From positions 1 to 64,000 of IMG/VR virus record IMGVR_UViG_3300048999_000192: DNA of 64,000 bases. One strand, written 5' to 3'. The position numbers and the translations under genes were made by a program. Below, piece after piece: positions 34,026 to 43,703 of the stretch. Source of the stretch: a virus. A model generated the notes under the pieces. That model ran no database searches, had not been told where the DNA came from, and saw only the letters and a list, made by a program, of their open reading frames with translations. The number at the start of each line of letters is the position of its first letter. The stretch's first letter is position 1.

Positions 34026-37000
34026 ATGCTGCACCTGATCCAGACCCTGCATTCCAACACCGTCGTGGTCATCGACGGCCAGAGCCTGCCCGACCACTGC
34101 CTGGTCGAGGACGATGAGGGCCTGCGCTGGTACGTGCTGCCGGACGCCGAGACCGTTGACGTACGTTCCTGGGCGAGTGCCTATGCCGGGGGCGCGGCCG
34201 GGTTGGTCCACCCCGCCCCACTGCGGGCCATGCTCACCGAGACCTTTACGGAGCGTCGCCAGGAGGCCCAGACGGTCTTCAAGCTCGCCCCCGAGGTGTG
34301 GACCCCCCTCGCCCGCTTTCCTCGCTACCTGGAGCTCCTGAGCGCCGTGCAGACGGCCCCTGAGCCTCGGCCCTCGGGCGGGTTCGTCCAACTGCACACC
34401 CACGCCGAGTACAGCCCCATGGACGGCCTGTCGACGATCCCCGAGCTCGTCAAGACCGTCGCCGAGGACGGCAACACCTCCCTCGCCCTCACCGACCACG
34501 GCACCTGCGCCGGGCACCCGACCCTGCAGCGCGAGTGTGAGAAGGCCGAGCTGGCACCGATCTTCGGGATGGAGGCCTACTTCATCGACGACCGGCTGTA
34601 CCGGCCGGACAAGGGCGATGAGGAGGGCGTCAAGCGCCGCCGGGCCTACAACCATCTGATCCTGCTGGCCAAGGACGATCAGGGCCTGCGCAACCTGTGG
34701 GCGCTGAGCACCGAGGGCTACCGCGACGGCTTCTACCACAAGCCCTGCATCGACTGGGACTCCCTGAGCCGTCTGCACGAGGGCGTCATCGCCACTTCGG
34801 CCTGCCTGGGCGGCCCGATCTCCCGGCTCCTGCTGGACGGCAAGGACACCCTGGCCCGCCAGCGCCTGGGCCGCCTCCTGGACATCTTCGGCGAGGACTT
34901 CTACATCGAGATCCAGCCCTCGGAGCTGGACGAGCAGATCCGGCTGAACCCGATGCTGATCAAGCTCGCGCATGACCTGTCCGTACCGGTCGTGGTGGCC
35001 GCCGACGGCCACTACCCGACCGCCGCCGACAAGCAGGCCCATGACCTCTGGCTGGCCTGCCAGACCGGGCCGAACAACGAGAACTACTGGCACTTCGACC
35101 ACTCCATGGGCGAGGCGGAGGCACGTAAGCGGCTGAGCTACCTCGATCCACAGGCTGTGGACGAGGCTGTGCACAACACCGTCCGGATCGCCGAGCAGTG
35201 CACCGCGCGCATCACCCCCAAGCCCAAGACCCCCGTCTTCGCGAAGAAGGGCGGCCACGACGCCGACGTCCAGCGGCTGCTGGACATCTGCCTGGCCAAC
35301 TGGTCCAAGATCGCCGACAAGCCCGACCAGGAGGCGTACGAGGCCCGCTTTGAGCAGGAGATGAAGCTCCTGATCGACAAGGACTTCTGCGGGTACTTCC
35401 TGCTGGTCTGGGACTATGTCAACTGGGCCAAGGGCGAGGGCATCCTGGTCGGCCCCGGGCGCGGCTCCGGCGGTGGCTCGCTGGTCGCCTACCTGGCCAA
35501 CATCACCGAGCTGGACCCGATCGAGTACGACCTGATGTTCGAGCGGTTCCTGACCAAGGGCCGCACCTCGCTGCCTGACTTCGACATCGACTTCCCGGCA
35601 TCCCGCCGGGCCATGCTGCAGGACCACCTGGGCGACCGGCACGGCAAGAGCCACGTCATGCGGGTCGGCACCCACCTGAGGTACGCCTCCAAGGGCGTGC
35701 TCGGCAAGCTGTTCTCGGTGCTCGCCGATGAGCTCCCGGAGACCTCGTTCGTCGACAAGAAGGCGATCAGCGACCTGATCAAGGAGGCCGAGGCCAGCAC
35801 CGCCGGACTGGGGCTGTCCTGGGAGGAGCTGTGGATCCAGCAGGGCGACGTCCTGGAGCCGTACCGGCAGAAGTACCCCAAGGTCTTCCAGTACGCCGAG
35901 ATCCTCGTGGACCGGCTCTACTCCTACGGCAAGCACGCCGCCGGGATGGTGGTCTCCACCGACGAGCCGCTGGACGACCGCTGGCCGATGCGCCGGGACG
36001 AGGACGGGGAGAACATGATCTCCCAGTTCGAGTTCCCCGACCTGGAGTGGCTCTGGCTGATCAAGCTCGACCTGCTGACCCTGCGCACCCTGGACACCGT
36101 CCAGGACACGATCGACATGATCGCCGAGCGGCGCGGCGTCAAGATCAACGTCTACGACTGGGACGAGGAGCTGCGCGACCCGCAGGTCTGGGAGGAGATC
36201 GGCGCGGGCAACACCCTGGGCATCTTCCAGATCGAGACCAAGTCCGGCACCAAGCTGTGCCAGCGGATGAAGCCCCAGTCGATCTCTGATCTGGCCGACG
36301 TCGGCTCCATCGTCCGGCCGGGCCCCACCCGCTCGGGCCTGACGGAGGCCTACCTCCGGCGGCGTGCCGGAGATGAGCCGGTCACCTTCCCGGACCCTCG
36401 CATGGAGGAGTTCCTGGGCAAGACCTACGGCTGCATGATCTACCAGGAGGACATCCTCACCGCCTGCATCGTGCTGGCCGGGTACGACGGCGACGAGGCC
36501 GACCAGGTCCGCAAGATCCTCGGCAAGAAGAAGGTCGAGCAGGTCGCCGCCGCCGGGCAGAAGTTCATCGCCGCCTGCGTCAAGAACGGCATGGAGACGG
36601 CCGCCGCAGAGCACCTGTGGGCCCAGATGGCCGAGTTCGCCAAGTACGGCTTCAACCGTGCCCATGCGACCGCCTACGCCCTCGTCAGCTACTGGACGGC
36701 CTGGTTCAAGGTCCACTACCCCGTCGAGTACCTCACGGCCATCCTGACGACCGTCAAGAAGGAGCGCGCCTTCGAGTTCGTCGGCGAGGCCCGTCGGCTC
36801 GGCGTGACCGTCCTGCCGCCGGACATCAACGAGTCCGGCACCGGCTTCCGCGCGGTCTCCAACCTGGAGATCCGGTATGGACTGGAGTCGATCAAGGGCA
36901 TCGGGGAGGCGGCCGTGGCCGACCTGACGGTGGGCCAGCCGTACGCGAGCTTCGAGGACTACCTGGAGCGCAAGGGCAAGAACGCCAATGCGGGCGTCAC

Positions 37001-37712
37001 CCGGACGCTGGCCAAGATCGGCGCGTTCGACTCCCTGGTGCCGCACCGGCGCGCCCTGGTGGAGCGGCTGGAAGCCGAGCACGACGGCTCGGCGTTCACC
37101 TGCGTTCACAAGGACGAGCTCGTCGTGGTCGACATCAGCATGGGGCCGCGCCGTCTGGAGGTGCTGAGCAACGGCATCCCCTGTACCTACGACTGGGACG
37201 CCGAGCCGCCGGTGATCGGCAAGTCGGGCAAGAAGCTGAAGCTGAAGAGCGTGCCCAAGAAGTGCACCAAGGCCTGCCGGTTCTACACCCCGCCGTCGGC
37301 GGTCGACCCGGACACGATCGAGCCCTACACCGAGGAGGAGATCCGCAACATCGAGGCGGAGATGCTCGGCGGGCACCTGAGCAGCACGCCGTTCGATGCC
37401 CTTCCTCCCGATCTACGGGAGGAGTTCCGGGATGAGGCGGAAAGTATGATCACTGGCCCGGAGGGTCTGTACACTCTTGCCGGGATCGTCGCCCGTTCCA
37501 AGCCCCACAAAGACCGCAACGACCGCAAGATGGGCTTCCTGCTCCTCACCACGGAAGCCTCTGACATCGACGTGGTCGTGTTCGCGGATCACTGGGAGAA
37601 GTACTCCGCCTCGTTCACGGTGGGCTCGCTCGCCGTCTTCGAGGTGTCCAAGCGGTTCAACCCCAAGCGCGGCGAGGACGGCTACACGCTGTCCTCGTTC
37701 ATCAAGATCTAG
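34026..37712 (+). CDS. dnaE: DNA polymerase III alpha subunit (phage DnaE)
   Basis: PHP HTHAEYSPMDG/TDHG/DGHY, GPGRGSGGGSLVAY, PDFDIDF, KLDLL, FAKYGFNRAHA, C-terminal OB fold. Confidence 0.96.
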   Translation: MLHLIQTLHSNTVVVIDGQSLPDHCLVEDDEGLRWYVLPDAETVDVRSWASAYAGGAAGLVHPAPLRAMLTETFTERRQEAQTVFKLAPEVWTPLARFPRYLELLSAVQTAPEPRPSGGFVQLHTHAEYSPMDGLSTIPELVKTVAEDGNTSLALTDHGTCAGHPTLQRECEKAELAPIFGMEAYFIDDRLYRPDKGDEEGVKRRRAYNHLILLAKDDQGLRNLWALSTEGYRDGFYHKPCIDWDSLSRLHEGVIATSACLGGPISRLLLDGKDTLARQRLGRLLDIFGEDFYIEIQPSELDEQIRLNPMLIKLAHDLSVPVVVAADGHYPTAADKQAHDLWLACQTGPNNENYWHFDHSMGEAEARKRLSYLDPQAVDEAVHNTVRIAEQCTARITPKPKTPVFAKKGGHDADVQRLLDICLANWSKIADKPDQEAYEARFEQEMKLLIDKDFCGYFLLVWDYVNWAKGEGILVGPGRGSGGGSLVAYLANITELDPIEYDLMFERFLTKGRTSLPDFDIDFPASRRAMLQDHLGDRHGKSHVMRVGTHLRYASKGVLGKLFSVLADELPETSFVDKKAISDLIKEAEASTAGLGLSWEELWIQQGDVLEPYRQKYPKVFQYAEILVDRLYSYGKHAAGMVVSTDEPLDDRWPMRRDEDGENMISQFEFPDLEWLWLIKLDLLTLRTLDTVQDTIDMIAERRGVKINVYDWDEELRDPQVWEEIGAGNTLGIFQIETKSGTKLCQRMKPQSISDLADVGSIVRPGPTRSGLTEAYLRRRAGDEPVTFPDPRMEEFLGKTYGCMIYQEDILTACIVLAGYDGDEADQVRKILGKKKVEQVAAAGQKFIAACVKNGMETAAAEHLWAQMAEFAKYGFNRAHATAYALVSYWTAWFKVHYPVEYLTAILTTVKKERAFEFVGEARRLGVTVLPPDINESGTGFRAVSNLEIRYGLESIKGIGEAAVADLTVGQPYASFEDYLERKGKNANAGVTRTLAKIGAFDSLVPHRRALVERLEAEHDGSAFTCVHKDELVVVDISMGPRRLEVLSNGIPCTYDWDAEPPVIGKSGKKLKLKSVPKKCTKACRFYTPPSAVDPDTIEPYTEEEIRNIEAEMLGGHLSSTPFDALPPDLREEFRDEAESMITGPEGLYTLAGIVARSKPHKDRNDRKMGFLLLTTEASDIDVVVFADHWEKYSASFTVGSLAVFEVSKRFNPKRGEDGYTLSSFIKI

Positions 37713-37720
37713 GAGTCGCG

Positions 37721-38755
37721 TTGGCCAAGAGCGGGCTCGAAAAGCTGAAGGAAAACCTCGCCAAGAACTACGGCGACGCACGCACCTCGGTGCCGACCGC
37801 CGCCGTGCCGCAGTACACCGTCACCACCACCGGCTCTCTCACGCTCGACTACGCCCTGGGGGTCGGCGGCTGGGTCGGCGGCCGGATGCACGAGATCGTC
37901 GGCGTCGAGGGGGTCGGTAAGACCACCCTGACCCTGCGCTCCCTGGCGGCGCTGCAGCGGGCCTACCCCGACAAGGCCGTGGCCTACATCGACATGGAAC
38001 AGACCTTCGACGTCCGCTGGGCCATCGCCAACGGCCTGGACCTGGACCCCGACCGGTTCCTGCCGCTGCAGCCCGACCACGCCGAGGACGTCTCGGACAT
38101 GCTCCGTGCGGTCTGCTACGAGGGCGACGTCTGCGGAGTGGCCGTCGACTCGATCGGCGGCATGGAGTCCAAGAAGGCCCTGGAGAAGGAGGCCGAGGAG
38201 GTGACGATGGGCAAGAACGCCCAGGTCATCACCCGGATGGTCAAGAGCACCGCGACGCTGGCCCGGCAGAACAACATCACCGTTCTGCTGGTCAACCAGT
38301 ACCGGGCCAACATCGCCTCTCCCAAGGGTGGCGACATCTCCGCCGGACCCAAGGCCCTGCGGTACGCCACCTCCACCAAGGTGGCCATGCGCAAGACCGG
38401 GGAGCCCGCCGTCCGGCTCAAGATCAACGGGCAGGAGGAGGAGGTCTCCCGGCAGGTGCGCGCCCGCGTCGAGCGCAACAAGGTCGCCCCCCAAGGCCGG
38501 GTCGCCACCTTCTGGATCTGCAACCAGGAGGTGGCCGACGCCCACCTGAGCGTCGGCATCGACATGGCCGACGAGGCGATCTCGCTGGGCACCATGACCG
38601 GTGTCATCGGCCAGCGCGGGGCCTGGTACGACCTGCCCTCGGGTCAGAAGTGCAACGGCCGCGCCGCCGCGCTGGAGACCCTCCGCAAGGACCCCAGCGC
38701 GGTCGAGAGCGTCCGTGACGCCGCCCTGGCGCTGCTGAAGCCGGTGACCGCATGA
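37721..38755 (+). CDS. recA: RecA-like recombinase
   Basis: TGSLTLDYALGVGG, EIVGVEGVGKTT, YIDME, VDS, VNQYR, RNKVAP. Confidence 0.93.
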   Translation: MAKSGLEKLKENLAKNYGDARTSVPTAAVPQYTVTTTGSLTLDYALGVGGWVGGRMHEIVGVEGVGKTTLTLRSLAALQRAYPDKAVAYIDMEQTFDVRWAIANGLDLDPDRFLPLQPDHAEDVSDMLRAVCYEGDVCGVAVDSIGGMESKKALEKEAEEVTMGKNAQVITRMVKSTATLARQNNITVLLVNQYRANIASPKGGDISAGPKALRYATSTKVAMRKTGEPAVRLKINGQEEEVSRQVRARVERNKVAPQGRVATFWICNQEVADAHLSVGIDMADEAISLGTMTGVIGQRGAWYDLPSGQKCNGRAAALETLRKDPSAVESVRDAALALLKPVTA

Positions 38756-39171
38756 GCCCCGTGCTGCAGGGTCTGGCAGTGACCTTGCTGATCATCTCCT
38801 TCATCCTCGCCGTGGTCGCCATCATCGGCGAGGTCATCCTGCTGCGCCGGGTCGACGCCCTGACGGCGCTGCCCGCCACCCGTCGGGCCGCCCAGCAGGC
38901 GCTCGTCGAGGAGTCAGCCCCCGAGACGCTGCAGGAGTGGGAGGAGGCCTGGCAGGGCGACTCCCGCCCGCAGGCGCGCAAGGCGATCCCGGCCGACCCG
39001 GACGACATGCCCCGGCCCTGGAAGTTCAACGGGCCGCCGAACAAGCGGAAGTGCCACTGCCACGGTCGCTTCCTCGTGCCGGGCGAGGAGATCATCTGGT
39101 GGCCGCGCCCGGACCTGGCCGAAGGAGCCGTCGAGCTCTATCACTTCGACTCCCTGGAGGGGCGCGCGTGA
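38752..39171 (+). CDS. membrane-anchored hypothetical protein
   Basis: N-terminal TM helix, CHCH motif. Confidence 0.65.
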   Translation: MSPVLQGLAVTLLIISFILAVVAIIGEVILLRRVDALTALPATRRAAQQALVEESAPETLQEWEEAWQGDSRPQARKAIPADPDDMPRPWKFNGPPNKRKCHCHGRFLVPGEEIIWWPRPDLAEGAVELYHFDSLEGRA

Positions 39172-39575
39172 AACCCATCGGCGGCGGCCTGGACCGCAAG
39201 AAGATGTCCGCCAAGCACGAGAAGGACGTGGCCGGGCTGCTCGGCGGCCGGGTCCCCCGGGGCTCGGGCAACCAGTGGCACAACCCCACCGACGGGGTGA
39301 ACCCCCACGGTGGGACGTTCGCCTTCTCCTGGGACTGCAAAGCCACCCTGGCCAACAGCTTCTCCCTGACCCGGATGACCTGGTCGAAGATCAAGGAGCA
39401 GGCGAGCGGCCTGCGCCCGGCGGTGCCGGTGCGCTTCTACGACGACTTCACCTTCCGTACCTACGTCGACCTGATCGTGGTCGACCTGAACGACTTCGTG
39501 GAGATGAAGAACCGGATCACCGAGCTGACGGCCGAGGTCGAGCGGCTGCAGCGCGGGCAGGAGGCGATCTTCTGA
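39168..39575 (+). CDS. PD-(D/E)XK nuclease, Holliday-junction-resolvase-like
   Basis: HEKDVA..LGGRVPRGSGN...PTDG...WDCKAT. Confidence 0.65.
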   Translation: MKPIGGGLDRKKMSAKHEKDVAGLLGGRVPRGSGNQWHNPTDGVNPHGGTFAFSWDCKATLANSFSLTRMTWSKIKEQASGLRPAVPVRFYDDFTFRTYVDLIVVDLNDFVEMKNRITELTAEVERLQRGQEAIF

Positions 39576-39943
39576 TGATCAAGTACACGATTCAGATCCG
39601 CACGGATTACCGGCCGTGGTGGGCGCCCTGGCGTAAGCGGGTGCCGTTCGAGTACCGCACCTGGCGGAACGACCGCCGGGTGAACGACATCTTCAACATC
39701 GAGCTCTTCCGCTCGATCTGCGAGCCCCCCTCGATCAAGCTGAACGGCATCCAGGTGAAGTGCGCCGATGTCTGGGTCGACGGGGTGCTCTACATGCAGG
39801 TGCCGGACGCGACCGCCTCGCTGACCAACAGCGAGTTCCACATCGCGGGCGACGGCAAGGAGATCACCACCTACGACTACGCGGCGGAGCCGGATATCGC
39901 CAACCACATCTACTGGCCGAAGGAGTTCGAGGACCGTGGCTGA
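39575..39943 (+). CDS. hypothetical protein
   Basis: GGAGG RBS, TGATG overlap. Confidence 0.6.
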   Translation: MIKYTIQIRTDYRPWWAPWRKRVPFEYRTWRNDRRVNDIFNIELFRSICEPPSIKLNGIQVKCADVWVDGVLYMQVPDATASLTNSEFHIAGDGKEITTYDYAAEPDIANHIYWPKEFEDRG

Positions 39944-40193
39944 AGACCCGTCTAAGGCCCTTACCGAGGAATACGACCCGTACGCCATCCGGGACGACCC
40001 GGATGCGCACCCGACGCACAAGATGTACGCGGAGATCAACATCGGCGTGCTGGAGCGGGGTGAGATCTGGTCCAAGTGCGCCAACTGCGGTACCCCGTAC
40101 GAGCTCACCGAGGCGTGGAGCAACGACACGGTGTGCGGCAAGCCGTGCTTCAACGACTATGCCGCCTACCTGAACAATCCGGGGGCCTGGTGA
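39936..40193 (+). CDS. small Zn-finger protein
   Basis: CANCG...VCGKPC. Confidence 0.65.
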   Translation: MAEDPSKALTEEYDPYAIRDDPDAHPTHKMYAEINIGVLERGEIWSKCANCGTPYELTEAWSNDTVCGKPCFNDYAAYLNNPGAW

Positions 40194-40993
40194 GCCCCTC
40201 CCCCTTCGCCACGATGGCGGACATGGCCAGCAACAACCTGGTCCTGAAGCCGCTGCTGTACCGCTACTTCCACGAGGCGCAGTTCCCCGACGAGTTCACG
40301 ATCACCTACAAGAAGGGGCAGCTCGGCGACCGGGGGCCGGACGGCTGGTTCCATCCCTCCGAGCACCCCCTGATGACCGAGCGCCAGCTCTACTACTACC
40401 TGACCGACCCGGACGGGTACGAGGGCTGGAAGCCGGACTACGCGATGCGCATGGCCACCCTGATGGGCTCGGCGCTGCACGACTTCGTGGAGATGTGTCT
40501 GATCGACCTGGGGCTGCTCATGAAGCCCTCAGGGACCTGTGTGGCCTGCGGGCGCCCCCAGCCGTCCCGGTGCAAGGAGTTCGGGGCGATCGACCGGCAG
40601 ACGCGCTCTCGTGGCCATACAGACGGCCTGCTGAAGACCGGGAAGGGGTTCGAGCTGAAGTCGGCCCACCCCTCCACCATCCAGTCGGTCGCCGACAACG
40701 ACCTGGAGGCCTTCAAGCGGAAGTGGCCGCGCTACTGGGCCCAGCAGCAGGAGTACCAGCGGATGATGGGGCTGGAGGAGACCATCCTTCTGTTCTTCGG
40801 GATGGGCACCCCCTGGGAGATGCGCGAGTTCCTCATCCCCCGCGACCCGGTGTTCCAGTTCCAGACCGAGCAGAAGTACCTGAGGGCGCGCGAGGCCGCC
40901 GAGAAGGGCATCCGGCCGGAGGCCTGCTGCGGCCCCCGCTCCAAGATGTCCAAGGAGTGCCCGGCGACCCATTGCGAGATGAAGCGGCTGTGA
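40190..40993 (+). CDS. Cas4/RecB-like PD-(D/E)XK exonuclease
   Basis: FHPS, GSALHD, GHTDG, ELKS, QQQEYQ, C-terminal C..ECP..HC. Confidence 0.8.
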   Translation: MSPSPFATMADMASNNLVLKPLLYRYFHEAQFPDEFTITYKKGQLGDRGPDGWFHPSEHPLMTERQLYYYLTDPDGYEGWKPDYAMRMATLMGSALHDFVEMCLIDLGLLMKPSGTCVACGRPQPSRCKEFGAIDRQTRSRGHTDGLLKTGKGFELKSAHPSTIQSVADNDLEAFKRKWPRYWAQQQEYQRMMGLEETILLFFGMGTPWEMREFLIPRDPVFQFQTEQKYLRAREAAEKGIRPEACCGPRSKMSKECPATHCEMKRL

Positions 40994-41607
40994 AGGAAGA
41001 GACCGTCCGGCTGCTCCAGGATCGCCTGGGGACGTTCCGGGACAAGAACTTCAAGATCGTCGAGCCCAAGAAGCCCTGGCAGCCCCCGGAGATGGAGGAC
41101 TTCGCCTGGGACTGCCGCGTGCAGTCGATGGACCAGAGCCTCACCAACTTCGGCCTCGTCCGGTTCGCGATCGAGGACGGCGAGGTGATCATGCTGGACA
41201 GGGACACGATCCGCCCCGAGCGGCACCCTGAGCTGATCACCTTCGCCGAACACTACGAGCTGGCCTGGACGCTGGAGACCCACCTGCTCAAGGTGCTCTT
41301 CCCGCACGAGACGGTCATCGAGATGCCGCCGGTCTTCGGCAACCGGACCGAGTCGATCCTGCTGTCCGGCTACGCCGTCTACGCCGCCTGCAAGGAGGTC
41401 GGGGCCACCTTGACGATGGTCTCCAAGAACCACGTCGGCGCGGTGCTCTGCGGCGACCAGAACGCCTCCAAGAAGCAGGTCGGTGAGGCCGTCTGCCGGT
41501 ACATCCCCGAGGCCGTCGGCCGGAAGTGGAACGAGCACACCCGTGACGCCGCTGCTCTGGGCCTGACCAGGCTGTACGACATGAAACGGGAGAGTGTCAG
41601 TGGCTGA
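40990..41607 (+). CDS. RuvC-like resolvase
   Basis: SMDQSLTNFG, VIEMP, ASKKQV, NEHTRDAAALG. Confidence 0.8.
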   Translation: MKEETVRLLQDRLGTFRDKNFKIVEPKKPWQPPEMEDFAWDCRVQSMDQSLTNFGLVRFAIEDGEVIMLDRDTIRPERHPELITFAEHYELAWTLETHLLKVLFPHETVIEMPPVFGNRTESILLSGYAVYAACKEVGATLTMVSKNHVGAVLCGDQNASKKQVGEAVCRYIPEAVGRKWNEHTRDAAALGLTRLYDMKRESVSG

Positions 41608-41776
41608 TGGGAAGGTGGAGATCGACTTCACCGCGATCAACAATCCTCACCACGTGGCGGAGCTGATCGCGGTTGCGGTGAAGCGCGCGATGTACAGCGC
41701 CCAGGGTTACCCGCCGGAGGAGTTCGGCTGGAAGATCACCATGAACGGAGAAGTGATCGATGAATACGGACGCTGA
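41600..41776 (+). CDS. small hypothetical protein
   Basis: GGGAG RBS, GTG start. Confidence 0.5.
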   Translation: MADGKVEIDFTAINNPHHVAELIAVAVKRAMYSAQGYPPEEFGWKITMNGEVIDEYGR

Positions 41777-42437
41777 GGAGCGCCAGGTCGCCCGCAAGGT
41801 GGCCGAGGAGATCGCCACCCAGGACGAGACGATGGAGGTCGACCCGCACCCGGACCGTACGAGGGAGTTCCGGACCCCCGGCTTCGCCCGGATGCGCCTG
41901 AACTGGTCCGGCGAGGACGGCGCGGTGATCGCCGGGGTCATCGAGACCGTGGACATGATCCTGATGGAGCGGTTCCCGGTGGCCTACGAGGTCATGTACG
42001 AGATCTTCAACGTCGTGCGGGAGCCCGAGGTCGACGGCACCGGCCAGCCGATGATGGACCACCTGCAGCTCCCGATCTGGCGGAAGAACGCCTCGGGCAC
42101 CTACGTCGAGGACTGGGGCAGGCTCACCGACCGGCTGCGGGAGAACTCCCTGCACAAGATCACGCTCTACCTGATCGAGTGGGAGGAGCACAAGGAGAAC
42201 CTCTGGGGCGAGGCCATGTTCGCCAAGGCGGCCTGGGAGGAGCGCTTCGCGGGGGGCTTCCTGAGCGCGCCGGGGACCAAGCCCACGGTCGACGCCGCCA
42301 CCAACTACGGCCGGGCGGCCAGCATGGAGGAGCGGTACTTCGCGATCTTCAAGACGCTGGTCTCGCGCCGGGCCGACGCCCTCACCCGCTCGATGGAGCG
42401 GCTCGGCCAGCGGCTGAAGGACACGACGATCCGGTAG
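41760..42437 (+). CDS. hypothetical helical protein
   Basis: Typical codon usage; followed by hairpin 42440-42473. Confidence 0.8.
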   Translation: MNTDAEERQVARKVAEEIATQDETMEVDPHPDRTREFRTPGFARMRLNWSGEDGAVIAGVIETVDMILMERFPVAYEVMYEIFNVVREPEVDGTGQPMMDHLQLPIWRKNASGTYVEDWGRLTDRLRENSLHKITLYLIEWEEHKENLWGEAMFAKAAWEERFAGGFLSAPGTKPTVDAATNYGRAASMEERYFAIFKTLVSRRADALTRSMERLGQRLKDTTIR

Positions 42438-42782
42438 CCGTTCAGCTTTCCTGAACATCGCCGAAAGCTGAACACGTGGCCGGGCACCCTGGACTTGCAC
42501 CAGGGTTCTCCGCCCTCCAACGGACGGTGACCTCACCGGGTCCATTCATCTCATGCCGGAAATTTGCGCGCGTCCGGGCGAGGTGTTCCCAGTACCCCCG
42601 AGGGGGCTCGTTGATCGATACCCGAGCTTTGAGGGTATCTGGTCCGCACGGCCCGACCAACCTTCCTTGCCAATCACCCCGCTGGGTGAGTTAATCTTCA
42701 ACCAGCGGGGTGATCCACTTCCGCCTCCCCCGACTACAGGGGGGCGCTGCGTCTGGGCCGGAAGGGGCGAGGTCGTCGAGGG

Positions 42783-43703
42783 TTGAATCACAAGCTGCTG
42801 CGTGAGCTCTTCCGCCATCTCCAGGCCTTCAAGGCACTGTTCGAGAACGAGGGCGTCGACAGCATCACCTCACCTACGGGCGAGGAATACTTCCTCTACG
42901 ACATCGACTACCTCTACGAGTGCACCCAGACACGCGTACGGCTGACCCCCGTCTCACCCCCCGAATACCTTCTCTCCCCCCGGCAGCGCCAAGCCATTGA
43001 GCTGTTCCTCTATTGCAACATCCGCGAAAAGGATGTCGCAGTGCTCATGGGCGTCTCGGATACGAATCCGATTGCGATCTACGCCACGCAGGGGCTGAAC
43101 AAATTGTGCGCCCTGATCAACTCTGGCCAGTTGAGCCGTTATCGGCCTGTGCTCGATGGAGGGATGGAACATGCGAATTCGCTATGGGGTGAACCAGCCG
43201 CTGGAGGAGATGGCCAACGAGCTGATCCGCCAGTCGCTGGCCGGGGTGACGGCCCGCTCAGCGAAGGCGGACATCCTGACGCCATGGAAGGAACGCGACC
43301 GTCTGAGCCGCGAGGTCTACAACTCGTCGGGCACGGTCGACCCGGCGACGCGACGGGGGATGTACCACCGCGCGTGGAATTCACAGCACTCCCACCTGAA
43401 CTCACGCGATGGCGTCGCGCCCCCGCGCCGGATCCCGACGGGACTGGCGGAGTTCGTGGACAAGGAGTGGCCGTCGAACCCGTTCTGGCCGGACGACCCG
43501 AGCCCGCAGGAATAGATCAGCGCCTTTACCGGCTCACCATTCGCTGGGGCAAGCAGGTCCGGCTGAAGTGCGCCCAGTGCACCAAATACATCAAGGGCGG
43601 CGCGGAGGGGCATCTGCACTGCAGTTGTGGCTGCGCCTATCGTCAGGTCCAGGACGACTATTACGAGATGATCGAGGTGGACCGTGACGCAGCCGTCGCG
43701 TGA
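42783..43703 (+). CDS. sigma70 region-4-like HTH protein with C-terminal Zn finger
   Basis: LSPRQRQAIELFLYCNIREKDVAVLMGVS; C-terminal CAQC...HCSCG; middle third overlaps another ORF. Confidence 0.6.
   Translation: MNHKLLRELFRHLQAFKALFENEGVDSITSPTGEEYFLYDIDYLYECTQTRVRLTPVSPPEYLLSPRQRQAIELFLYCNIREKDVAVLMGVSDTNPIAIYATQGLNKLCALINSGQLSRYRPVLDGGMEHANSLWGEPAAGGDGQRADPPVAGRGDGPLSEGGHPDAMEGTRPSEPRGLQLVGHGRPGDATGDVPPRVEFTALPPELTRWRRAPAPDPDGTGGVRGQGVAVEPVLAGRPEPAGIDQRLYRLTIRWGKQVRLKCAQCTKYIKGGAEGHLHCSCGCAYRQVQDDYYEMIEVDRDAAVA
43171..43515 (+). CDS. hypothetical protein nested in another frame of the sigma-like gene
   Basis: GGAGG upstream of ATG; protein-like composition with G/C third positions in this frame. 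Confidence 0.6.
   Translation: MRIRYGVNQPLEEMANELIRQSLAGVTARSAKADILTPWKERDRLSREVYNSSGTVDPATRRGMYHRAWNSQHSHLNSRDGVAPPRRIPTGLAEFVDKEWPSNPFWPDDPSPQE

Noticed and set aside
33900-37376. 1158-aa minus-strand ORF
   Set aside because: Antisense shadow of dnaE caused by high-GC codon bias
40190-40993. CRISPR-Cas system suggested by the Cas4-like gene
   Set aside because: No repeat-spacer array or other cas genes; solo Cas4-like nucleases are common in phage recombination modules
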